From: an uncultured bacterium
Lineage (GTDB): Bacteria > Armatimonadota > JACIXR01
Direction: 5' to 3'
NCBI GenBank assembly: GCA_964452465.1
Contig: CAYVMD010000003.1
Span: 509-64,508 of the forward strand
DNA length: 64,000 bases
This document shows, one piece after another, positions 29,828 through 38,880 of this stretch. The position numbers and the translations under genes were made by a program. Position 1 is the first letter of the stretch. Every line of letters begins with the position of its first letter. The notes under the pieces were generated by a model. The model worked only from the letters and a program-made list of their open reading frames with translations. It had not been told where the DNA came from and ran no database searches.

Positions 29828-29855
29828 AGCAACCTCCCAAAAATACCAAAAACCT

Positions 29856-29890
29856 ATTATAATGATAACCACCATGCATAAATTCGTCAA
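29856..29890 (-). promoter_or_regulatory. Sigma70-type promoter for the regulator-radical SAM operon
   Basis: Minus strand TTGACG-N17-TATCAT with an adjacent TATAAT; the track's TTG start at 29890 is really the -35 box. Confidence 0.7.
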
Positions 29891-29902
29891 TACATTTGGG
29901 GT

Positions 29903-32491
29903 TTAAGACTGGAGTTTTTCTTGCAGTTCTTGTAATTTATTCAAGGCTTGCAAGGGGGTAAGGTGAGCTATATCTAATTTTTTTATCTCTTCCAATACTG
30001 GGTGAGGCTCCCATTCGAATAAAGAGAGTTGTAATTTCTGCTGGCGGGTGGGGATTTTTCGCCAGGAAGGCTTTTCCTTATCTTCCAACTCCTCTAAAAT
30101 CTCCTTTGCCCTTTCCAGGACCTCTTGGGGAATCCCTGCTAAACTTGCTACCTGAATCCCGTAGGATTTATCAGTTGCTCCCGGTCGTATCTTATAAAGG
30201 AACACGATCTTCCCTTCCTTTTCCCTTACCTCCGCTCTCAGGTTCCTAACCCCCTCAAACTGCTTAGATAATTTCGTCAATTGGTGATAATGGGTGGCGA
30301 AGAGGGTGCGCGCCCCTATATTATCGCTCAATATATACTCCGCCACTGCCCAAGCGATGGATAGTCCATCGAAAGTCGAGGTTCCTCTCCCTATCTCATC
30401 CAAAACGATTAAACTCTTGGGTGTGGCATTATGTAGGATATTAGCCACCTCGTTCATTTCCACCATGAAGGTGGATTGTCCCGAGGCGAGATCATCCCTG
30501 GCACCGATGCGGGTGAATATCCTATCGACAATGCCTATCTTCGCCCTCTTAGCAGGAACGAAGGAGCCCATTTGCGCCATCAATACTATCAACGCTACCT
30601 GGCGAAGATAGGTGGATTTCCCCGCCATATTTGGTCCCGTTATTATGAGGAGGCGTTTATCCTTACAATTCAACTCCGTATCGTTAGGAACGAATCTTCC
30701 TTCCCCCATAAACCTCTCCACTACCGGATGCCTTCCCTCTTTTATGATGATCTCGTCACCTTCATCTATTTCCGGTCTAACATAGTTATATCTTGCTGCC
30801 ACTTCCGCTAAGGATTGCAGGACATCCAATAGCGCTACTGCGTTGGCTAACTTCAAAATCTCCTCGGAGTGACTCGCTACCTCTTCCCTTAAAGAGACGA
30901 ATAGTTCATATTCCAATTCCGCTATCCTCTCCTCTGCCCCCAAAACTTTTGCCTCCAACTCCTTTAGAGCGGGGGTTATAAACCTCTCCGCGTTTACCAA
31001 AGTTTGCTTGCGAATATAATCCTTGGGAACGAGGGGTAGATTGGGCTTAGTTACCTCTATGTAGTATCCAAATACCGCATTGTATCCTATCTTCAGGGAT
31101 TTGATCCCCGTGCGTTGGCGTTCCTGTGCCTCCATCTGGGCGATCCATTTCTTCCCTTCTAATGCTGCTTCCCTCAGGGCGTCCAATTGTTCGTTATATC
31201 CTTCCTTTATTATTCCCCCTTCCCTCAAAGTAGCAGGAGCATCTTCCCGGAGTGCCCTTTCCAACTCCTCCCTCAATTCCGGCAAAGGATTTAATCCTCC
31301 TTGGATCTCCTTGAGCAGTCCGCTTTGGATCCCTTCCAAAAAAGAAGCCAGTGGTGCTATGTTTGCTAACCCGTTCTTTAGGATCAAAAGGTCCTTGGGG
31401 GAGGCTAAACCCGTGGCGCATCTCCCCACTATTCGCTCCAGATCACCTATGCTCTTCAACCTTTCCCTTATTCCCATCCTCCTTCTGGAGTCTTTAAACA
31501 ATTCCTCTACAGCATCCAACCTCTCCTCTATCTGCGCCTTATCCAAAAGGGGTTGCTCCAACCACCTCCTCAATAGCCTACCCCCCATGGGGGTTAAGGA
31601 GAAATCCAAAACGCCCAGGAGGCTCCTTTCTCTTGAACCGTCGAAGGATTCGATGGTCTCCAAGGTCCGTCTGGCGATCGAATCCACAAGCATGAACTGA
31701 CGAGGGAAATAGACGGAAAGGGCGCGTATGTGCTTCAGTGAGGACATCTGGGTCTTCCTTAAATAACTGAGGATCATCGCACAAGCTTGTTGTATCAGGG
31801 GATAATCCTCCGCGCCAAATCCTCGCAGGGAGGAAACTCGGAAGTGGTCAACGAGGATTTGACGGGCGGATTGAAGGTAGAAAGGATCCTCCTCCAAAAC
31901 CGTTACCGCGATGCCGTTGGGCATTCGTTCCTTTAGAGCCTCGTCCTTGGGGAGGAGCAACACCTCAGCTGGCCTATTCCTCTCCACTTCCTCCCAAAGT
32001 TCTTGCTCCTCCTTCAACTGGGTACTGACTAATTCCCCCGTGGAGACATCCGCGAGAGCGAAGCCGAACTCTTCTCCTTCTTGCACTATGGCGGAAAGGA
32101 AACTGCTCCTCTTTGCCTCCAACAGGGATTCCTCCACCACCGTCCCTGGGGTAACTATCCGCGTTACCGCCCGCCTTACCAATCCCTTCGTTTTGCTTGG
32201 CTCTTCCATTTGCTCGCATATGGCTACTTTGTATCCCTTGGATAAAAGGCGGGCTATGTAACGCTCCACCGTGTGATAGGGGACCCCACACATGGGAATG
32301 CGTTTCCCTTTCCTCTCTTCCCGGGAGGTTAAAACGAGGTCTAACTCTCGAGAGGCGATCTCCGCATCCTTCCCGAACATCTCATAGAAATCCCCCAGGC
32401 GGAACATCAGAATTATGTCGGGATATTGTGCTTTTATGGAGTGATACTGCCTGAAGAGGGGGGTTAATTCGTCCTTCTTCTCCCTACTCAT
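29903..32491 (-). CDS. mutS: DNA mismatch repair protein MutS
   Basis: FRLGDFYEMF, PMCGVPYH, TGPNMAGKST Walker A, SGQSTFMVEM, DEIGRGTST, FATHY. Confidence 0.98.
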   Translation of the reverse strand: MSREKKDELTPLFRQYHSIKAQYPDIILMFRLGDFYEMFGKDAEIASRELDLVLTSREERKGKRIPMCGVPYHTVERYIARLLSKGYKVAICEQMEEPSKTKGLVRRAVTRIVTPGTVVEESLLEAKRSSFLSAIVQEGEEFGFALADVSTGELVSTQLKEEQELWEEVERNRPAEVLLLPKDEALKERMPNGIAVTVLEEDPFYLQSARQILVDHFRVSSLRGFGAEDYPLIQQACAMILSYLRKTQMSSLKHIRALSVYFPRQFMLVDSIARRTLETIESFDGSRERSLLGVLDFSLTPMGGRLLRRWLEQPLLDKAQIEERLDAVEELFKDSRRRMGIRERLKSIGDLERIVGRCATGLASPKDLLILKNGLANIAPLASFLEGIQSGLLKEIQGGLNPLPELREELERALREDAPATLREGGIIKEGYNEQLDALREAALEGKKWIAQMEAQERQRTGIKSLKIGYNAVFGYYIEVTKPNLPLVPKDYIRKQTLVNAERFITPALKELEAKVLGAEERIAELEYELFVSLREEVASHSEEILKLANAVALLDVLQSLAEVAARYNYVRPEIDEGDEIIIKEGRHPVVERFMGEGRFVPNDTELNCKDKRLLIITGPNMAGKSTYLRQVALIVLMAQMGSFVPAKRAKIGIVDRIFTRIGARDDLASGQSTFMVEMNEVANILHNATPKSLIVLDEIGRGTSTFDGLSIAWAVAEYILSDNIGARTLFATHYHQLTKLSKQFEGVRNLRAEVREKEGKIVFLYKIRPGATDKSYGIQVASLAGIPQEVLERAKEILEELEDKEKPSWRKIPTRQQKLQLSLFEWEPHPVLEEIKKLDIAHLTPLQALNKLQELQEKLQS

Positions 32492-33788
32492 CCACTATTT
32501 CTCCTCTAAAACCCCAAAGGTAAGCTTCCTTCGCTTTCACCTTCACCAGTTTGCCTATCAATCCCTCATCTCCCGGAAAGACGAGAGTTTTGTGCTCTCT
32601 GCTTTTCCCTTCCAAAAGACCTCTCCCCTTCGGTGCCTTCCCTTCCACCAAAACCTCGAAGACTTTACCGACCAACCTCTCGTTCCTCCGTCTGCTTATA
32701 GCGTTCTGGAGGGATATCAATTCCTTAAGGCGTCTCTTTTTTTCCTCTTCCCGGACCTGTCCGGGCAGGGAAAGGGCGCTCGTGCCCGGGCGAGGGGAGT
32801 AGGCAAACATGAACGCTTGGTCGAACTGGACTCTTTCGAATACCCTCAATGTATTCTTAAACTCTTCCTCCCCCTCTCCTGGGAATCCCACCATAACATC
32901 CGTGGTTATGGCTACATCCGGGATGCGTTCCCTTATCCTATCCGCCAACCTCAAGTACTCATCTACCGTGTAACCTCGCCTCATTGCCTTTAATATCTTA
33001 TCATCACCAGCTTGGATTGGCAGATGAATCCAGTGGCATATTTTGGGGAGAGAGGCTATCGCTTCTATTATATCCTCGGAGAAATCTCGGGGGTGGGAAG
33101 TGGTGAACTTTATTCTTTTTATGGGCGTTTCATTTAAGGTGTAAAGCAGGGAAGCGAAGGTAGTACCATTCCCCAGATCCCTACCATAGGCATTCACATT
33201 CTGCCCTAAGAGGATCACTTCCACGACCCCTTCCTCGGCGAGCCTTCTTACCTCCTCCACAACCTCGTTCAAGGGCTTGCTTCGTTCCCTTCCCCTTACA
33301 AAGGGCACTATGCAATAGGAACAGAAGTTATTACAGCCGAATATTATCGGGAGGTAACTTTGGAAGGGCTTTTCTCTGAGGGTGGGAAGATAAGGCACGC
33401 ATCCGTTCAGCTCCAAGGCAAGGACCTGCTTCTCCTTAGCTTCCCTTAGTACTTCTGGCAGTTTGTGGATCTCTCCCGTTCCGATGACGAAATCGACTTC
33501 GGGGAACTTCTTGAGCAGTTCCTCTCCCAACCTTTGCGCCATACATCCTGCTACCCCGATCAGGAGGTTTGGCTTCGTTTTCTTTAATTTGGAGAAATAA
33601 CCAATAGTGCTGAAAGCTTTTTCCTCTGGCTTTCTCCTTACTGAGCAGGTATTAACTATGAGGAGATCCGCCTCTTGGGGGGAACTACAGATTTCCCATC
33701 CCTCTTCTCGCAAGCGTCCCAACATTATCTGCGAGTCCCATTCGTTCATCTGACAGCCATAAGTTTGGAGGAAAACCTTCTTCCCCAT
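32484..33788 (-). CDS. miaB: tRNA-2-methylthio-N6-dimethylallyladenosine synthase
   Basis: TYGCQMNEWDS, NTCSVR, GCMAQ, CNNFCSYC, TSHP, YSPRPGT, TRAM domain. Confidence 0.95.
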   Translation of the reverse strand: MGKKVFLQTYGCQMNEWDSQIMLGRLREEGWEICSSPQEADLLIVNTCSVRRKPEEKAFSTIGYFSKLKKTKPNLLIGVAGCMAQRLGEELLKKFPEVDFVIGTGEIHKLPEVLREAKEKQVLALELNGCVPYLPTLREKPFQSYLPIIFGCNNFCSYCIVPFVRGRERSKPLNEVVEEVRRLAEEGVVEVILLGQNVNAYGRDLGNGTTFASLLYTLNETPIKRIKFTTSHPRDFSEDIIEAIASLPKICHWIHLPIQAGDDKILKAMRRGYTVDEYLRLADRIRERIPDVAITTDVMVGFPGEGEEEFKNTLRVFERVQFDQAFMFAYSPRPGTSALSLPGQVREEEKKRRLKELISLQNAISRRRNERLVGKVFEVLVEGKAPKGRGLLEGKSREHKTLVFPGDEGLIGKLVKVKAKEAYLWGFRGEIVDE

Positions 33789-33891
33789 AGGGCGATCTCT
33801 TATAGATTTTAAACCACTATCCCCTTTAAGGCAATAAAGCGCGGGCCGCCCCGTCTTTTTGAATGGATTATTTGGGAAGAATCGCGGGGGC

Positions 33892-33920
33892 TTGTCAAAG
33901 GTAAAGTCGGGGAATATAAT
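33892..33920 (+). promoter_or_regulatory. Sigma70-type promoter of the ftsH-folate operon
   Basis: TTGTCA-N17-TATAAT, followed by AGAGG RBS and TTG start at 33936. Confidence 0.75.
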
Positions 33921-33935
33921 ATAAAAGAGGTTGAA

Positions 33936-35759
33936 TTGGAGAGAAAAAATACCGCTGTAATATTTTGGTTAATTGCGCTATTCTTTCTCTTTCTGCTTTT
34001 GAGGGAGCCCTTCTCTCAGGGCGTAAGAGGGGTGGAAAGGCTTAGTTATAGTGAGTTCTTGGAGAAGGTAGAGAACCAGGAGGTCTTGAAGTGCGCGATA
34101 GGGAAAGGAGAGGTTAGCGGGGAATTAAAAAACGGAACTCGTTTCGTTAGCACTTTCATCCCTGAAATAGCAGGTGCGGAGTTAGAGAAGATCCTCAGGG
34201 AAAAGAAGGTGCATTTCACATACAAAACTCCCTTGCTTTCAGAGGGATGGCAAAATGTCATCTTCTTCCTTATTTTGCCTCTCCTTTTTCTTTTCTTCTT
34301 TTGGTCCTTTTTCCTCAGGCAAGCTCAGGCAACGAATAGGGATGCTTTCCAATTCTCCCGAAGCAGGGCGAGAAGATATACCCCGGTTAGCATTCCCAAA
34401 GTGACATTCAACGATGTTGCAGGGATAGACGAGGCGAAGCAGGAACTCCAAGAAATAGTGGAATATCTCCGAAATCCCCGCAAGTTCCAGATGCTGGGAG
34501 CAAAGATCCCCAAGGGGGTTCTCCTTTACGGTCCTCCAGGGTGTGGGAAGACGCTTCTGGCGAGGGCAATTGCAGGGGAAGCGAATGTGCCTTTCTTCCA
34601 CATCTCGGGCTCGGAGTTCGTGGAGATGTTCGTGGGAGTTGGTGCTGCCAGGGTGAGGGACCTCTTTGAGCAAGCGAAGGCAAACGCCCCAGCTCTTATC
34701 TTCATAGATGAAATAGACGCCGTGGGCAGGCAGAGAGGAACGGGACTTGGGGGAGGGCATGACGAGAGGGAGCAAACCTTAAACCAGATATTGGCAGAGA
34801 TGGACGGATTCGATCCTAACATAGGTGTCATAGTCATCGCTGCTACGAATAGACCAGATATCTTAGACCCAGCCCTCCTACGCCCCGGTAGATTCGATCG
34901 TCACATCGTTATAGACCATCCTGACTCTAAAGGCAGATTGGAGATCTTAAGGGTCCACACCAAGGGTAAACCTCTCGCGGATGATGTGGATCTTGAATTG
35001 ATCGCTAAAAGAACGCCGGGATTCTCAGGGGCTGATTTGGCCAACCTCGTCAACGAAGCAGCCCTTCTTGCTGCAAGATTGGGCAAGGACAAGATAACGA
35101 TGCAAGAAATGGAGGAAGCTATAGATAGAGTGGTGGCGGGTCCTCAACGGAGAAGTAGGGTGATAAGCGAAAGGGAGAAAAGGTTAGTTGCCTATCATGA
35201 GATCGGGCATGCCCTCGTGGCGAAGGTGCTACCCCATGCTAATCCAGTGCATAAAGTCTCCATCCTTCCCCGAGGGATGGCCCTTGGCTATACCCTTCAA
35301 TTTCCAGAGCAGGATAGGTATATCATCACAAAATCGGAGTTGATGGACGAATTGGCAGTTCTCCTTGCGGGAAGGGCAGCGGAAGAGATTATCTTCAACG
35401 AGACCACTACCGGTGCCCAGAACGATCTTCAAAGGGCAACGGAGATAGCCCGAAGGATGGTGTGTGAGTTGGGGATGTCGGAAAGGATCGGACCTATTAC
35501 TTTGGGAAGGAGGCATGGGAATCCATTTCTGGGACGGGATATATTCGAGGATAGGAACTACTCCGATGAGGTAGCAAGATTGATAGATGAAGAAGTCAGA
35601 AACATAATAGAAACCAATTATAAAAGAGCTCAGGAGATAATCCAGAGGAACCGCTATAAGATAGACGAACTAGTGCAAATCCTCCTCCAGAAGGAGACTC
35701 TGGAAAAGGACGAGTTGGATCAACTGCTTGCCGATGTCCAGGATCCTCAGCGTGCCTAA
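33936..35759 (+). CDS. ftsH: ATP-dependent zinc metalloprotease FtsH
   Basis: Two TM segments, [45 protein letters not shown] zinc motif. Confidence 0.98.
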   Translation: MERKNTAVIFWLIALFFLFLLLREPFSQGVRGVERLSYSEFLEKVENQEVLKCAIGKGEVSGELKNGTRFVSTFIPEIAGAELEKILREKKVHFTYKTPLLSEGWQNVIFFLILPLLFLFFFWSFFLRQAQATNRDAFQFSRSRARRYTPVSIPKVTFNDVAGIDEAKQELQEIVEYLRNPRKFQMLGAKIPKGVLLYGPPGCGKTLLARAIAGEANVPFFHISGSEFVEMFVGVGAARVRDLFEQAKANAPALIFIDEIDAVGRQRGTGLGGGHDEREQTLNQILAEMDGFDPNIGVIVIAATNRPDILDPALLRPGRFDRHIVIDHPDSKGRLEILRVHTKGKPLADDVDLELIAKRTPGFSGADLANLVNEAALLAARLGKDKITMQEMEEAIDRVVAGPQRRSRVISEREKRLVAYHEIGHALVAKVLPHANPVHKVSILPRGMALGYTLQFPEQDRYIITKSELMDELAVLLAGRAAEEIIFNETTTGAQNDLQRATEIARRMVCELGMSERIGPITLGRRHGNPFLGRDIFEDRNYSDEVARLIDEEVRNIIETNYKRAQEIIQRNRYKIDELVQILLQKETLEKDELDQLLADVQDPQRA

Positions 35760-36621
35760 CTTCAGCGAGGGGAAATCTCCTCGGGTAATAGAAGAGATCG
35801 TTTCCCCCTTTAGAACGAAAAAGGGGGTTAAATTGATAGATTATTCCTCCGACCCCGACCACAACCGCTCCGTCGTGACCGTCCTCGGCGAACCCGAACC
35901 GCTTCTCGAGTCCTTGCTGGAGTGCATAGGGAAAGCGGTGGAGCTGATAGATTTGAACGATCATAAGGGAGAACATCCCCGCTGTGGAGTGGTCGATGTG
36001 ATCCCCTTGGTCCCCTTAGAGGATATCTCGGTCGAGGAATGCGTCACATATGCTCACCGCTTGGGAAATCTGGTGGCGGAGAGGTTCAACATTCCAGTTT
36101 ACTTTTACGGAGAGGCAGCGCTTAAGGAGGAAAGAAGGGACTTGGCGGATGTGCGGAGGGGAGGCTTAGAGGCTATAGCGGAGGACATGAAAAGGGGGGA
36201 AAGACTACCCGATGTCGGTCCTGTTCAACCCCATCCCACAGCAGGTTGCGCCATAATAGGGGTGAGGGGGCATCTGGTAGCTTTCAATGTGAACCTTGCT
36301 ACGAACGATATCGAAGTGGCCAAGAAGATCGCCTCCTCCCTGAGGGAAAGGAACGGGGGATTGGTGGGAGTTAAAGCGCTGGGCATTAACCTCGCTTCTC
36401 GGGGAATAGTCCAGGTTTCCATGAACATAACCCTCCCCTTTAAAGTTCCCCTCTACAGGGTATTGGAATTGGTGAAGATAGAGGCTAAGAGATATGGCGT
36501 GGATGTCCTGAGCACGGAGATAGTGGGTCCCGTTCCTCTTCAGGTGCTCATGGACACCCTTTCCTATTATCTTGCCTTGGAGAACTTCAAGTTATCGCAA
36601 ATTTTGGATCTTCATCTTTGA
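35734..36621 (+). CDS. Stand-alone glutamate formiminotransferase (no cyclodeaminase domain)
   Basis: VPNFSEG, DHNRSV, GEHPR.G..DVIP, HPTAG, VQVSMN; 295 aa from ATG 35734. Confidence 0.92.
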   Translation: MSRILSVPNFSEGKSPRVIEEIVSPFRTKKGVKLIDYSSDPDHNRSVVTVLGEPEPLLESLLECIGKAVELIDLNDHKGEHPRCGVVDVIPLVPLEDISVEECVTYAHRLGNLVAERFNIPVYFYGEAALKEERRDLADVRRGGLEAIAEDMKRGERLPDVGPVQPHPTAGCAIIGVRGHLVAFNVNLATNDIEVAKKIASSLRERNGGLVGVKALGINLASRGIVQVSMNITLPFKVPLYRVLELVKIEAKRYGVDVLSTEIVGPVPLQVLMDTLSYYLALENFKLSQILDLHL

Positions 36622-36633
36622 TCGGAGGGCACA

Positions 36634-37179
36634 GTGGATATCCCCAGGATGGAAAAAGCGATAAGGGAATTGCTTATAGCCATTGGCGAGGATCCCGATA
36701 GGGAAGGTCTAAGGGAAACCCCCCGGCGGGTGGCGGAGGAATTGGAGGAGTTCTTCTCCGGCTATAAAGCGGAGGAGGATTTCACCTGCTTTCAGGAATC
36801 TTATCAGGATGTGGTCATTCTAAGGGATCTTTTCTTCTTCTCTTTCTGTGAGCATCATCTTCTCCCCTTCATCGGCAAGGTCCATATAGCCTATTCCCCA
36901 GCGGGAAAGATAGCAGGGATAAGCAAACTAGTGAGGGTGGTGGACAAATACGCTCGTCGCCTTCAAGTACAGGAAAGGTTGACAGAGCAAATAGCCGATG
37001 AATTGATGGAAAAACTCCAGCCCAAGGGACTTTTAGTGCTTTTGGAGGCGGAACACCTTTGCATGGTTCTAAGAGGGGTTAGACGCCCTGGCTCCCTGGT
37101 TGTTACCTCCGCGGTGAGGGGTATATACAAAGAGGATCCTACTCTCTGCCGAAACGTCCTTTCCCTTTTGGGAAAATGA
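36634..37179 (+). CDS. folE: GTP cyclohydrolase I
   Basis: GEDPDREGLRETPRRVA, CEHHLLPF, RRLQVQERLT, HLCM. Confidence 0.96.
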   Translation: MDIPRMEKAIRELLIAIGEDPDREGLRETPRRVAEELEEFFSGYKAEEDFTCFQESYQDVVILRDLFFFSFCEHHLLPFIGKVHIAYSPAGKIAGISKLVRVVDKYARRLQVQERLTEQIADELMEKLQPKGLLVLLEAEHLCMVLRGVRRPGSLVVTSAVRGIYKEDPTLCRNVLSLLGK

Positions 37180-38384
37180 ATTTGGTGAGATTCCTACACC
37201 TCGGTGGGGAAAAAGGGATAATTGAGGAGATGAAAAGGGCAGGTGTCTCCGAGGAGGGGATTGGGAGACTGCTTCCTAAAGCCTCCTCGCTTCTCGTCAA
37301 GATCACCGATGTACCCTATCCCCTGGCGAACATAATAAAGCAGGAGATGCTTTCCCTGGGGGGAGATTGCGCTGTATCTCGAGAGACCGTTAAAGGAGGA
37401 GAGGGAACGACCCCCTGCTTAATAATGGCGACCGAAAAGCAGCTCCTCTCCCTTATTTCTTATCTAAGGGAGCAACCCTTTTCCCTTGCCCAAGAGATCG
37501 CCAGCAGGATGGAGGAGGCTTGGAGGAACTTTAAAAAGCGAAGATGGGTCATCCCTTGTCCCAGGCATCCCCTCGCTATAGAAAAGAGGACTTTGATCAT
37601 GGGCATCCTCAACATAACCCCTGATTCCTTCTACGATGGGGGTAGATTCTTTGAGGTAGAGAAGGCGCTTTCAAGGGCGGAGGAGATGGTTGAGGAAGGA
37701 GCGGATATAATAGATGTGGGAGGGGAATCCACTCGTCCTGGTGCTACGCCGGTTCCTCTTGAGGAAGAGGCAAAGAGGGTCCTACCCGTTATAAGGGAAT
37801 TGGCGAAAAGGATAAGTGTGCCCATTTGCGTGGATACCTATAAGGCGGAGGTAGCGAGGCGGGCGATCGAGGAGGGAGCGGAGATAGTGAACGATATAAG
37901 CGCGATGCGATTCGATCCCGCGATGATGGAAGTAGTAAGAGAGAAGAAGGTGCCCATCGTGCTCATGCATATGAAGGGAACGCCTAAGGACATGCAGGAT
38001 AACCCCTACTATGAGGATGTGATGGAGGAGATATACGAGTTCCTCGAGGGAAGGATGGAGGAAGCGATAAAGCAGGGGATCGAGAAGGAGCAGATAATAG
38101 TGGATCCGGGCATAGGGTTCGGCAAGAGATTGGTGGATAATTTGGAGATAATAAGGCGTTTGGAGGAGTTTAAGGGATTAGGGGCACCCATTTTGGTGGG
38201 ACCTTCGCGCAAGAGGTTCATTGGGGAGATTTTGGGAGGCTTACCACCTGAGGAGAGGTTGGAAGGCACATTGGGGGTGGTAGCGATCTGCACCCTAAAG
38301 GGAGCCAATATAATAAGGGTTCACGATGTTAAGGAGGCAAGGAGAGTAGTGGAAGTCGTGAGCCATTTGGGGATTACTTCTTAA
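37176..38384 (+). CDS. folP: Dihydropteroate synthase with ~130-aa N-terminal extension
   Basis: MGILNITPDSFYDGG, DVGGESTRPG, DPGIGFGK, GPSRKRFIG, IRVHDV. Confidence 0.96.
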   Translation: MNLVRFLHLGGEKGIIEEMKRAGVSEEGIGRLLPKASSLLVKITDVPYPLANIIKQEMLSLGGDCAVSRETVKGGEGTTPCLIMATEKQLLSLISYLREQPFSLAQEIASRMEEAWRNFKKRRWVIPCPRHPLAIEKRTLIMGILNITPDSFYDGGRFFEVEKALSRAEEMVEEGADIIDVGGESTRPGATPVPLEEEAKRVLPVIRELAKRISVPICVDTYKAEVARRAIEEGAEIVNDISAMRFDPAMMEVVREKKVPIVLMHMKGTPKDMQDNPYYEDVMEEIYEFLEGRMEEAIKQGIEKEQIIVDPGIGFGKRLVDNLEIIRRLEEFKGLGAPILVGPSRKRFIGEILGGLPPEERLEGTLGVVAICTLKGANIIRVHDVKEARRVVEVVSHLGITS

Positions 38385-38386
38385 TT

Positions 38387-38739
38387 TGGTGGAGGCGACG
38401 GGAGTCGAACCCGTGTCCGGAGAACTTCAACCGCAGACTTCTACGAGCGTAGCCTTTGTTTTGCCTTTCGCGAGAACCTCTCCCAAAGGCAGGATAGATT
38501 CCCGCTAGCTCATGTTTGTCTTTCTTATGGAGCCCATGAGCAAAGCGCCATAAGGCAGCTCAGTCTCTGGCGCCCCTCTTGCCCCCTGAGCAAGGGCAAG
38601 GGAACGTCGCTGCTACTAATTAAGCAGCGAGAGCCAAAGAGTGGTTGGCACTTATTTTTTGCCGCCTTTTTTACAAGGCCTGCGGCCACCTTGGCTCGCC
38701 ATCTGCGCTATCCGTTCCCCGTCGAATCCACGCGCCCCC
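38387..38739 (-). ncRNA. ssrA: tmRNA (353 nt); tag reading frame 38620-38649 encodes ANHSLALAA*
   Basis: 5' GGGGGCG..GGATTCGAC and 3' ACGGG-TTCGACT-CCCGT-CGCCTCCACCA form an alanyl acceptor stem with G3.U70; resume context ATAAGT-GCC; tag ends ALAA-stop. Confidence 0.96.
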
Positions 38740-38752
38740 AATTCTAAATTAA

Positions 38753-38780
38753 ATTATACCATTTTTTCTAAAATAGTCAA
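38753..38780 (-). promoter_or_regulatory. ssrA promoter
   Basis: Minus strand TTGACT-N16-TATAAT with extended -10 TG, 13 nt upstream of the mature 5' end. Confidence 0.8.
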
Positions 38781-38880
38781 TGTATCGCTGGCGACTTGAA
38801 ATGGGTTGGAGTCCTTGAGGTTTTATCGCTTTTAAATTCGCCTTAACGAATCGGAGAGAATTGCCTATTATCTTTATTAA

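Noticed and set aside
29828-29890. Hydrophobic N-terminus (MTNLCMVVIIIIGFWYF) suggesting a membrane-anchored regulator
   Set aside because: It is the promoter and leader sequence; the real start is ATG 29827 with GGGAGG
26302-29900. RiPP precursor peptide for the SPASM enzymes
   Set aside because: Intergenic gaps are 3-16 nt and no small ORF with an RBS was found; a distant precursor cannot be excluded
33841-33862. GC-rich stem followed by Ts (possible terminator or riboswitch) between miaB and ftsH
   Set aside because: Only a 4-bp stem, and it lies between divergent genes where no transcript needs to end
38387-38430. tRNA-Ala-like sequence
   Set aside because: It is the 3' tRNA-like domain of tmRNA; there is no anticodon arm
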